Below, piece after piece: positions 24,304-33,096 of a stretch of DNA of 53,597 nt. The notes beneath the pieces were generated by a model. The model made no database searches. It had not been told where the DNA came from and saw only the letters and a program-made list of their open reading frames with translations. A program made the position numbers and the translations under genes. Source of the stretch: Syntrophaceae bacterium (GTDB lineage: Bacteria; Desulfobacterota; Syntrophia; Syntrophales; UBA4778); contig JBDKTK010000417.1 of NCBI GenBank assembly GCA_039680225.1, forward strand, positions 1 through 53,597. Direction: 5' to 3'. The stretch's first letter is position 1, and every line of letters starts with the position of its first letter.

Positions 24304-24615
24304 TTACTTGCTTTCCTTTTTCTTTCTCTTGAGCTCGGCTTTGAGTTCCTTTTTCCGCATTTTGCTTTCCTCCTTCGATATTGCCGGCCCGGCGGAAGGG
24401 GCCGCTGCCGGTTCCTGTTTTTTCCCGTCTCCTCCCTGGTTCACCTGTTCGGGTGGCTGTTCGGGTCCGGCCGCGCGAGGGGGTTTCTTTCCGAAGCGGA
24501 CCATGATGTATTTCGCGAAAGATTTTCCGAACTGCCCGATGAACCCGGCGACCAGAACGATTATCACCCAGAACAAGACTTTATAAAAATCAACCTGGCT
24601 CAGGTCAGGTGTCAT
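24304..24615 (-). CDS. hypothetical small membrane-anchored protein with Pro/Gln- and Lys-rich tail
   Basis: 103 aa with one N-terminal transmembrane helix (VLFWVIIVLVAGFIGQF), followed by low-complexity sequence. Confidence 0.45.
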   Translation of the reverse strand: MTPDLSQVDFYKVLFWVIIVLVAGFIGQFGKSFAKYIMVRFGKKPPRAAGPEQPPEQVNQGGDGKKQEPAAAPSAGPAISKEESKMRKKELKAELKRKKKESK

Positions 24616-24621
24616 GGGCTT

Positions 24622-25116
24622 TCATTTCTTTAAGAAGGCTTCCTCGATTATATCCGCAATCGAGCTGTAATCATTCAAATCCAGGTACGGGACGCCGTAA
24701 TCGACCGGCCTGTCACCGGCAAGCGCGATCAGGCCGTCGCCGGGCTTGCAGAGCAGTTCCTGCTTGAGCTCGCTGCGGAACACTTCAATCTTGGGGAAGG
24801 GATTGCCTTTATACCCCTCGGTTAAAATTATGTCCGCATCCTTTATGTATCTCTCGCTCAGCTCGGCAATGCCGTACTCCCTGTCAGGCTCTTCAAAGAC
24901 TGTTATCAGACCGGGCGAAGACAGCACTACGGTCCGCGCGCCGGCTGCACGATGCCGCCAGCTGTCCTTTCCCGGCTTGTCCACATCAAAGCCGTGGAGG
25001 TTGTGCTTGATCGTGGCAACCCGGTACCCCCTTTTCTTCAGTTCGGGGATGAGCCCTTCTATTAATGTCGTCTTGCCGGTATTCGAGCGGCCCACTATTG
25101 ACAGGATCGGTATCAT
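24622..25116 (-). CDS. mobB: molybdopterin-guanine dinucleotide biosynthesis protein B
   Basis: Start placed at ATG 25116 (MIPILSIVGRSNTGKTTLIE, P-loop), with an ATGA overlap on the upstream gene's stop. The tracked 364-aa ORF has an Arg-rich spurious N-terminus that overlaps the DUF364 gene. Confidence 0.85.
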   Translation of the reverse strand: MIPILSIVGRSNTGKTTLIEGLIPELKKRGYRVATIKHNLHGFDVDKPGKDSWRHRAAGARTVVLSSPGLITVFEEPDREYGIAELSERYIKDADIILTEGYKGNPFPKIEVFRSELKQELLCKPGDGLIALAGDRPVDYGVPYLDLNDYSSIADIIEEAFLKK

Positions 25117-25880
25117 CGGGTTTCTCCGGGAGCAAGAAGCAGGTTGATAAATTTCAGATAAGGCCGCATTGCCGGAGTGCCCCCCGCCTCCGAAACAATC
25201 CGCATGACCTGATCGGGGTCTTTCACAATGGAGCCTCCGAGGTGGTTCACCCGGGTGTCCCGGAAAGCTTCCGGGCACAGCGGCGTAGAGGGTCCGAGTA
25301 CCGCAACGTGCCTCGCCTCGCCGAGATGTTCCAGCACGCTTTCGATTGTGCCGTTCAGGATTGTGGTCGCGGTAATTATGGCGACGCTGCAATCCTTGAG
25401 GCATATCTGCTGCTCTGCCGGGTCCAGTATGCCGCCCCGGGACGACTCTTTTTCGAGGATCGAAAGCGACGCCCCGGTCCGTTCCACCCGGGCCACAAGC
25501 GGGGGGAAGCGCCCGACCATGCAGACACGGTCTTCCGCCCTGATATGCATCAGCTCGATAGCGTCCTGCTCGGACAACTCGAAATTCCTGTTCAGGACGG
25601 CATTGGCGCAGGCCAGGCCGAGTGCCCGTTCCAGCGGATTGGCCCCCCTGCCAAGCAAAACAATCAGGTCCGATAATTCTCTGCCGGCAAATCCGGATTG
25701 TGCAAGCGCCCGGCAATCATGTCCTGTAACATTTGGCATCACGGCCGCGATTCCCATTGCGCCGCTTTCCGTCCTGACAGCGAGATAGCACAAACCGATC
25801 CTGACTTCCCGGACGGTTTCCGATTGGGCCGCTTGTAAAGCAAAATAGCAGATCCTCTCCGCAATAGAACCGGAAAGCAT
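25113..25880 (-). CDS. DUF4213/DUF364 domain-containing protein (putative metal/cofactor-chelating Rossmann-like protein)
   Basis: 255 aa with VRIGLCYLAVRTESGAMGIA, LGLACANAVL, VCMVGRFPPL and VAIITATTILNGT, which resemble DUF364 family members. Confidence 0.6.
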   Translation of the reverse strand: MLSGSIAERICYFALQAAQSETVREVRIGLCYLAVRTESGAMGIAAVMPNVTGHDCRALAQSGFAGRELSDLIVLLGRGANPLERALGLACANAVLNRNFELSEQDAIELMHIRAEDRVCMVGRFPPLVARVERTGASLSILEKESSRGGILDPAEQQICLKDCSVAIITATTILNGTIESVLEHLGEARHVAVLGPSTPLCPEAFRDTRVNHLGGSIVKDPDQVMRIVSEAGGTPAMRPYLKFINLLLAPGETR

Positions 25881-25957
25881 ATAAGTCTCCTTTGCAGTTT
25901 AAGTTTTATCTGAAAAACTCCGGGATATGCAATCCAAAAGACGGCCTGTATATTACC

Positions 25958-25986
25958 TTGACTGGATTTTGAGAGGTTCCTATACT
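25958..25986 (+). promoter_or_regulatory. sigma70-type promoter candidate for the thioredoxin-like/peroxiredoxin pair
   Basis: TTGACT, a 17-nt spacer, then TATACT, located 34 nt upstream of ATG 26020. Confidence 0.4.
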
Positions 25987-26019
25987 TCTTACGTGATTAT
26001 TTAAAAAAAGGAGGACGGG

Positions 26020-26583
26020 ATGAAAAAAAATATTTTTTTGCTCGCGTTTTTCCTGGCTGCACTTTCAGTTTCTGCGTTTGCAGCCCAACCGCCTGTGAAG
26101 GGGGGGACCCTGCCCGACTTTACGCTCAGTACGAAAAACAGTGCGGAAAGGGGTTACCTGGGAGTCGGATCAGGCCCTTTCAGGATTTCCAATATCAAAT
26201 CCAGCCTGGTGGTAATAGAGGTCTACAGCATGTACTGCCCGTACTGCCAGAAAGAGGCGCCCAACATGAACCAGCTTTATAACAAAATTGAAAGCGATCC
26301 CGCCCTGAAAGGCCGCATTAAAATAATCGGGATCGGCGCCGGAAATTCGCAGCTGGAAGTCGACACGTACAGGCAAAGGTACAAGGTGCCTTTCCCCCTG
26401 TTCCCCGACAAGGAATACGAGGTCCACGACCTCCTGGGACAGCCCCGGACGCCTTTCTTCATTGTCGTCAAGCTGCAGCCGGGAGGAAAGGAGAAGGTTG
26501 TTTCAACCCAGCTGGGAGCTTATGACAGCCCCGACCAGTTCCTTGATACAGTGCTCAGGCCGGCCCTGAAGGAGGGAAAATGA
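26020..26583 (+). CDS. exported thioredoxin-fold protein (TlpA/redoxin-like, CxxC)
   Basis: 187 aa with the signal peptide MKKNIFLLAFFLAALSVSAFA and the CPYC active site in YSMYCPYCQKEAP. Confidence 0.75.
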   Translation: MKKNIFLLAFFLAALSVSAFAAQPPVKGGTLPDFTLSTKNSAERGYLGVGSGPFRISNIKSSLVVIEVYSMYCPYCQKEAPNMNQLYNKIESDPALKGRIKIIGIGAGNSQLEVDTYRQRYKVPFPLFPDKEYEVHDLLGQPRTPFFIVVKLQPGGKEKVVSTQLGAYDSPDQFLDTVLRPALKEGK

Positions 26584-27164
26584 AGAGGATACTCGCTTTA
26601 ACCCTGATGATGATTTTCTTTGCCGGGACGGCCTTCGCCCGTTCGGAGGCGTTCCATGAAGACATTTACAACCCGGGCCAGCTCAAACCGCGCGACAGCG
26701 TGCTGAAGGTGAAGGTCGGGGACATGGCCCCTGATTTCACCCTGCCCTCTATTAAAGGTGAAAAGGTTTCGCTGAAGGATTTCCGCGGCAAGAAAAACGT
26801 CGTCCTCTCTTTTGTACCCGCCGCCTGGACCCCGGTCTGCTCGGACCAGTGGCCCGGGTACAATATAATCAAAGACATGTTCGACAGCCATGATGCCGTC
26901 CTGCTCGGGATAACCGTGGACAACATCCCCACCCTGTTCGCGTGGACGAACCAGATGGGGAAACTCTGGTTTCCCGTCCTTTCGGATTTCTGTCCCCACG
27001 GCAGGGTTGCCTCCGCTTACGGAGTGCTCAGGTCGGACTGCGCTTCCGAAAGAGCGCTGTTCGTGATCGATAAAAGGGGAGTCATCCGTTATATAGACGT
27101 GCACGACATCAACAAGAGGCCGCCCCTGGAGAATCTGGTTGAGGAACTGAAAAAACTCAAATAA
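26580..27164 (+). CDS. exported peroxiredoxin (AhpC/TSA family)
   Basis: 194 aa with the signal peptide MKRILALTLMMIFFAGTAFA. The peroxidatic Cys motif is FVPAAWTPVCS. ATGA overlap with the upstream gene. Confidence 0.8.
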   Translation: MKRILALTLMMIFFAGTAFARSEAFHEDIYNPGQLKPRDSVLKVKVGDMAPDFTLPSIKGEKVSLKDFRGKKNVVLSFVPAAWTPVCSDQWPGYNIIKDMFDSHDAVLLGITVDNIPTLFAWTNQMGKLWFPVLSDFCPHGRVASAYGVLRSDCASERALFVIDKRGVIRYIDVHDINKRPPLENLVEELKKLK

Positions 27165-27513
27165 CCGCCTCTTCCCGGACATCGAATTAAAAACCCCGCT
27201 GTACGGGCATTATTCCCGCCAAAAACAATCTTCAGAGGTTATGTCAAATATGACATAACCTCAGTAATTTCATATACTTACCAGGAAAAACTCCTTGACA
27301 TGTATATGAAATGAAAATAAAAATGCACATTCGCGAGAAGAGTGATCTTTCTTTTATCAGTATCTTCCTAACGTCTCCGATCCGTCTGTTCTAAGGATAC
27401 ATCTATGAACCGGCGGACATTGGGTGGGGCATGGAAACGTCCCCGCCTCCCGTGTTCGGAAAGGAGAAACCCCGGGAAGCTCTTTGATCTACATATTTTG
27501 AAAGGAGACGTGT

Positions 27514-30500
27514 ATGGATGTCAGCAGAAGAGGTTTCTTCAAGATCTCCGGCGCGGCGCTGGCGGCAAGCGGGATAGGCATCGGCCTTACCCCCGACACG
27601 GCCAAGGCCCAGCCGTTTAAGATCAAATACACCAAAGAGACCACGACGGTCTGCCCCTACTGCTCGGTCGGATGCGGAATCATTGTCTCTACCCGCAACG
27701 GCAAAGTAGTCAATACCGAGGGAGATCCCGATCACCCGATCAACAGGGGAGCTTTGTGCAGCAAAGGCGGCTCCATTTACCAGATGGCGGTCAACCCTGC
27801 CCGCCTTACCAAGCCATTGTACCGCGCCCCAAACGCCGCGGAATGGCAGGAGGTTACCTGGGAATGGGCTCTGGACAAGATTGCCAGAAATATTAAAACC
27901 AGCAGGGACAAGAGCTTTAAATTTAAAAACGCCAAGGGCGAGGTTGTCAACCGCACGGAGGGTATCGCTTCATGCGGCAGCGCCGCCATGGATAATGAAG
28001 AATGCTATATTTATCAAAAATTCCTGAGGGGGTTGGGCCTGGTGTATATCGAACACCAAGCCCGTATCTGACACAGCGCAACTGTAGCGGCTCTGGCAGA
28101 GTCGTTCGGACGCGGCGCGATGACCAATCACTGGATAGATTTTCGGAACAGTGATGTAATTTTAATCATGGGATGCAACCCCGCATCCAACCATCCTATT
28201 TCCTTCAAATGGATAACAAAAGCAGTTGAAAACGGGGCCACACTGGTCACGGTTGACCCGAGGTTCACTCAATCAGCTGCAAAATCGCACGTTTATGCAC
28301 CGCTTCGCTCAGGCACTGACATTGCTTTCCTGGGCGGCATGATCAAATATATACTCGACAACAAGCTTTACCATGAGGAATACGTCCTGAATTATACGAA
28401 CGCTTCATTCCTGGTAAACCCCGCTTTCAAGCTCCCGGGAGACAACAAGGGCGTATTCTCAGGCCTTGAGGGATCAAAATACGACAAGGCGACCTGGTCT
28501 TATCAGACAGACGGCGCGGGTGTCATCAAGAAAGACAAGACGCTTAAAGACCCCAATTGTGTTTTCCAGCTCCTGATGAAGCATTACTCACGTTATACTC
28601 CGGAGCTGGTAATGCGCATAACGGGGACCCCGACGGAGAAACTGATCGAGGTTTACAAAACATACGCCAAGACCGGTGTCCCGGGAAAGGCGGGCAATAT
28701 CCTTTACGCGATGGGCTGGACCCAGCATACCGTAGGAGTCCAGAATATCCGCGCGATGTGCATCGTCCAGGAACTCCTCGGCAATATGGGAATCGCGGGC
28801 GGCGGCGTTCAGGCGCTCAGGGGCGAATCAAACGTCCAGGGCTCCACTGACTACGGCCTCCTGTTCCACATCCTGCCGGGCTACCTGGCGACTCCTGCGG
28901 CTTCCCTGACCTCGTTGAAAGTCTATAACGAGAAGCAGACTCCGCAAACGAAAGAGAAGAACAGTCTCAACTGGTGGAAAAACAAGCCGAAGTACGTGGC
29001 CAGCTATCTGCGGGCGGTTTACGGCCCCAATGTCCCGCTCGAAGAGGCGTATTCTTATTTCCCCAAGATAGACGACGGGGCGAATTACTCCTGGCTGACC
29101 CTGTTCGACGTCATGTACAAAGAGCAATTCACCGGATTCTTCGCCTGGGGCATGAACCCGGCGGCGAGCGGCGCCCATTCCAACAAGGTGCGCCAGGCGC
29201 TCACGAAGCTGGACTGGATGGTGAATGTGAACCTGTTTGACAATGAAACAGGCTCCTTCTGGAGAGGCCCGGGCATGGACCCCTCCAAAATTAAAACGGA
29301 AGTTTTCATGCTCCCCTGCGCTTCCTCGGTTGAAAAGGAAGGCAGCATCTCCAACAGCGGCCGCTGGATGCAGTGGAGATACAAAGCCGTTGAGCCTCCC
29401 GGAGAAGCACTGGGAGACGGAGAAATAATTTCTGAGCTCTATTACAAGGTCAGGGAGCTTTATGAAAAGGAAGGCGGGCCCTTTAAAGAGGCGTATACAA
29501 AGATGACCTGGAATTACGGGCCAAAAGACCTTACCGGAAACCTCAAGCACCTTGATGCCAACTATATTGCAAAAGAAATCAACGGGTTCTTCCTTGAGGA
29601 CAAAAAAGTGGAAGTCCCGAACAAGAAGGGCGAATTCAGGGAATTCAAGAAAGGCGACCCGGTCCCCGCGTTCGCATTCCTTCAGGATGACGGTTCCACC
29701 TCATCGGGCTGCTGGATTTACTGCGGCTCTTATCCCGGAGTAAACAACGCGGCAAGGAGAGGCACGAAAGACCCGACAGGCCTGGGCCTCTACCCCGAAT
29801 GGACCTGGTCCTGGCCGGTCAACCGCAGGATCATTTACAACGGCGCCTCCGTTGACACCAATGGAGTCCCCTGGGACAAAAAGCGCCCGGTGATCGTATG
29901 GAACGGCACAGCCTGGACCGGAGACGTTCCGGACGGTGTGGGCGATCCCGGAGCGGGAAGGCCGCCGTTCATTATGAAGCCGGACGGAGTCGCCAGTCTT
30001 TACGGACCCGGCCTGGCGGACGGTCCTTTCCCCGAGCATTACGAGCCTCTCGAATGCCCGGTGGAGAAGAACCTGATGTCCGACCAGAAGGTCAACCCGG
30101 TAATCAAGCGCTTCGACAAGCCCGGAGTGGGCACGGAGCTCGACCTGGTGGCCAGCTGCGATCCCAAATTCCCGTTCATCTGTTCAACATACAGGGTGAG
30201 CGAGCACTGGCAGACGGGCGTCCTGACAAGATGGCTGCCCTGGCTGGCGGAAATGCAGCCCAGCATGTTCGTTGAGATAGGGACGGAACTGGCAAAGGAG
30301 AAAGGGATAAAGAACGGGGAGAAAGTGACTGTCAAGTCGGCGCGCGGAGAGGTTGACTGCATTGCCATAGTTACCCCGAGGCTTAAGCCCTTTAACATAG
30401 ACGGAAACACGGTCCACATGGTCGGAGTGCCCTGGCATTTCGGCTGGGTCACAACCGCGACCCGCAAATACGGGCCGAATGATAAAAAACCCGAGGTGTT

Positions 30501-30612
30501 CACATTTGGCGATTCCGCGAATCTCCTTACTCCCAGCGCGGGAGACCCGAACACCCACATACCGGAGAGCAAGTCCTTCATGGTAAATGTTGTGAAAAAG
30601 GGGGTGAGTTGA
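27514..30612 (+). CDS. fdnG: formate dehydrogenase catalytic (alpha) subunit, molybdo/tungstopterin, selenocysteine-containing, Tat-exported
   Basis: Tracked ORFs 27514..28071 and 28120..30612 are in the same frame and are joined by TGA 28069-28071. The context IEHQARI-U-HSATVAALAESFGRGAMTNHW matches the FdnG/FdhA Sec site. The twin-arginine signal is MDVSRRGFFKISGAALA, and the N-terminal 4Fe-4S motif is CPYCSVGCG. Confidence 0.9.
28069..28071 (+). other. in-frame UGA decoded as selenocysteine
   Basis: The reading frame continues for 2.5 kb of conserved FDH sequence after the TGA. The flanking residues are those of known Sec-FDHs. Confidence 0.85.
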
Positions 30613-30613
30613 G

Positions 30614-31411
30614 ATGCCCGAAAAAATTAAACTTTACGATGATTCCAAGTGTACGGGCTGCAGGGGCTGCCAGTTGTCATGCAAGCAGTGGAACAGCTTG
30701 AAGGCCAGGCAGACGGAGAATGTGGGAACTTACCAGAACCCCCCCAACCTGCAACCGAATACATATATGATAATCAGGTTCCAGGATTATGAAGATGAGA
30801 AGGGCAATGTAAAATGGATCTTCCGCAAGGAAGCCTGCATGCATTGCACAGATGCCGCCTGCGTGACTGCCTGTCCCACCGGGGCCCTGCACTACGTCAA
30901 GGAGTTCGGGACCGTCGGCCTGGACAAGGAAAAATGCATTGGTTGTAAATACTGCACCTCCGCATGTCCCTTTGAGGTGCCGAAGCATGACCCTTATACT
31001 GATAAGGCAAGCAAATGCGACATGTGCGAGAGCCGTCTCCAGAACGGCCTTGAACCGGCCTGCGTAAAGGCGTGCCCGACCGGGGCCCTGAAGTTCGGCG
31101 ACAAGGAAGACATGCTCAAAATAGCGGCGGGCAGGGTAAAGCAGCTCGGCGGTACGGCTAACATTTACGGCGACAAGTATCTCGGCGGGACTCACCTGGT
31201 CTACATACTCCAGGAGAAACCCGCAGTTTATGCGGCGCTCAAACAGAACCCCTCTTTCCCGATCACGGTTATGGCCTGGAAAGACTGGCTCAAACCCCTT
31301 GCCCTCCTGGCCGGCGGCGGTGTTATCGGCGGGGCGTTCCTCCATTATATCCTCCACGGGCCGAAGCTCCCCGACGAGCCTGGTTCCCACAAAGCGGAAG
31401 GGGGTGAATAG
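30614..31411 (+). CDS. fdnH: formate dehydrogenase iron-sulfur (beta) subunit with C-terminal membrane anchor
   Basis: 265 aa with multiple CxxCxxCxxxCP ferredoxin motifs (CTGCRGCQLSC, CMHCTDAACVTACP, CIGCKYCTSACP, CDMCESR...CVKACP) and a hydrophobic C-terminal helix. Confidence 0.85.
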   Translation: MPEKIKLYDDSKCTGCRGCQLSCKQWNSLKARQTENVGTYQNPPNLQPNTYMIIRFQDYEDEKGNVKWIFRKEACMHCTDAACVTACPTGALHYVKEFGTVGLDKEKCIGCKYCTSACPFEVPKHDPYTDKASKCDMCESRLQNGLEPACVKACPTGALKFGDKEDMLKIAAGRVKQLGGTANIYGDKYLGGTHLVYILQEKPAVYAALKQNPSFPITVMAWKDWLKPLALLAGGGVIGGAFLHYILHGPKLPDEPGSHKAEGGE

Positions 31412-31413
31412 CA

Positions 31414-32079
31414 ATGAGAAAAGGACTGATCAAAGCGACAGACGGATACGAGAGGATCATTCACTGGATGCTCGCCCTCTCGTGCATTTTCCTGTTCATC
31501 ACGGGGCTGGGACTCATGTTCCGCTCCTTCAATTTCATCGGCGAAATAATGGGCGGCATGCATGCCCTCAAGTATTTCCATAATTTCACGGGGCTCATTT
31601 TTGGTGTTTCCGTTTTCCTGGCCATCCGCATGTGGTGGAAGGAAGCCGGGGTCCTCTCAATGCCGGAAGACCTCGAATGGATGATGTGCGCCGGCGGATA
31701 CCTGTGGCATGTGGATAAAGTGCCCGAGGTCGGTAAATATAATCCCGGCCAGAAGGCCTTTTTTCTGGCGGTAGCGGGATGCGGCGTCCTGATGCTGGTA
31801 ACGGGGCTGTTCATGTGGTTCCCGACAAGTTTCCCGACCTGGTTCGTGAGGCTTATGTATCCCCTTCATGCGCTCGGGTTTGTAACGCTCTTTGCGTTTT
31901 TCTTCGTTCACCTGTACCTGGGGACAATCGGTTCTCCCGGCTCCCTGCCGGCGATGATCACCGGCTGGGTTACCAGGGAATGGGCCAAGAAACAGCATGC
32001 CAAGTGGCTGCATGAGATGGAAGAATCCGGAAAGCTGGAAGTGTTCGGAGAGGAGAAGTCGTCCGGACAAGGCCATTAA
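31414..32079 (+). CDS. fdnI: formate dehydrogenase cytochrome b (gamma) subunit
   Basis: 221 aa with four transmembrane helices carrying conserved His residues (RIIHWM, HNFTG, HALGF, FFVHLY). Confidence 0.8.
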   Translation: MRKGLIKATDGYERIIHWMLALSCIFLFITGLGLMFRSFNFIGEIMGGMHALKYFHNFTGLIFGVSVFLAIRMWWKEAGVLSMPEDLEWMMCAGGYLWHVDKVPEVGKYNPGQKAFFLAVAGCGVLMLVTGLFMWFPTSFPTWFVRLMYPLHALGFVTLFAFFFVHLYLGTIGSPGSLPAMITGWVTREWAKKQHAKWLHEMEESGKLEVFGEEKSSGQGH

Positions 32080-32102
32080 CAGATAATTAATAATATAATC
32101 AG

Positions 32103-32137
32103 AAGGCCTGCTTCGAAAGGAGCAGGCCTTTTTTTGT
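32103..32137 (+). terminator. rho-independent terminator of the fdn operon
   Basis: AAGGCCTGCT-tcgaaagg-AGCAGGCCTT followed by TTTTTTGTTT. Confidence 0.8.
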
Positions 32138-32147
32138 TTGTTAATCT

Positions 32148-32176
32148 TTGGCAAAACCCGGATTACCTGCTAATAT
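32148..32176 (+). promoter_or_regulatory. sigma70-type promoter candidate for the Met-rich protein / cupredoxin pair
   Basis: TTGGCA, a 17-nt spacer, then TAATAT, located 29 nt upstream of ATG 32205. Confidence 0.4.
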
Positions 32177-32204
32177 CGACTGTAATTGCAAGGAGGAATA
32201 TCTA

Positions 32205-32648
32205 ATGAAAAAGATCCTTTGGGGGACATTATTGATGGTATTTTTGTGTTCCGGTGTTTTTGCTCAAGGGACTCCCTGTGCAAACATGTCCGCAGGACAG
32301 CAGATACCCGGGCAAGAAAGTCAGCAGGGCGCTGCAGGCGGCATGATGATGAAAGGTGACATGATGCAGATGTGTGCGCCCATGATGAAACAGATGATGG
32401 GGCAGGCAATCATGACGCGCGACATGATGCAGCTCATGAAAGAGGTTATCCAGGTTGAACAGAAAATAATCAAAGGGTTAAGCGCCAGGGAAAGTAAAGA
32501 GGTGCTGGCAGATCTCGATCAGAAGCTGCAAAGGCTCGACCGGATGATGGATGATATGAGGACGGGTATGATGCAGGGGCCGCCGCTCCCTGCTTCCCCA
32601 CAGGGGCCGGGCGCTCCGCAGCAGGCGCCTTCAGGTCATGTGCATTGA
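32205..32648 (+). CDS. exported methionine-rich protein (putative Cu(I)/Ag(I)-binding)
   Basis: Start placed at ATG 32205, after the SD AAGGAGG, with the signal peptide MKKILWGTLLMVFLCSGVFA. The mature part is dominated by MxxM/MM motifs (GGMMMKGDMMQMCAPMMKQMMGQAIMTRDMMQLM), and the C-terminus is GHVH. Confidence 0.6.
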   Translation: MKKILWGTLLMVFLCSGVFAQGTPCANMSAGQQIPGQESQQGAAGGMMMKGDMMQMCAPMMKQMMGQAIMTRDMMQLMKEVIQVEQKIIKGLSARESKEVLADLDQKLQRLDRMMDDMRTGMMQGPPLPASPQGPGAPQQAPSGHVH

Positions 32649-32673
32649 TTTTATCCTGAAAAGGAGGTGCAGA

Positions 32674-33087
32674 ATGAAAAGGTTTTCGTGTCCTGCTTTC
32701 ATAATTTTGTTTTTGTTACTTCCTTTTACTTTCCTGCATGCGGCGGATAAGCAATTCGTCGTGAATATCGGGCCGGACGGCATTCAGAAATTCGAAATTG
32801 TAGGCGGGTCATATTTTTTCAAGCCGGACCACGTTGCAGTGAAGGCCCATATTCCCGTCGAGATCAGCATCCGCAAAGAGGGGGGGCTTATTCCCCATGA
32901 TTTCGTGCTTAATGCCCCCGAGGCCGGCATGGATTTCCGGGTGGATTTGTCATCGGAGCCGAGAATAATTCGCTTCACCCCGACCAAACCGGGAAAATAT
33001 GAATTCCGATGTGATAAAAAATCGCCCTTTTCTTCCGAGACCCATGCAGATAAAGGAATGAAGGGTATTTTGGAAGTCGTGCCTTAG
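32674..33087 (+). CDS. exported cupredoxin-like domain protein
   Basis: Start placed at ATG 32674, after the SD AAAGGAGG, with a signal peptide. Candidate copper ligands are H (IPHDF) and the C...H...M context (FRCDKK...THADKGMKGILEV). Confidence 0.6.
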   Translation: MKRFSCPAFIILFLLLPFTFLHAADKQFVVNIGPDGIQKFEIVGGSYFFKPDHVAVKAHIPVEISIRKEGGLIPHDFVLNAPEAGMDFRVDLSSEPRIIRFTPTKPGKYEFRCDKKSPFSSETHADKGMKGILEVVP

Positions 33088-33096
33088 GATTCAGAA

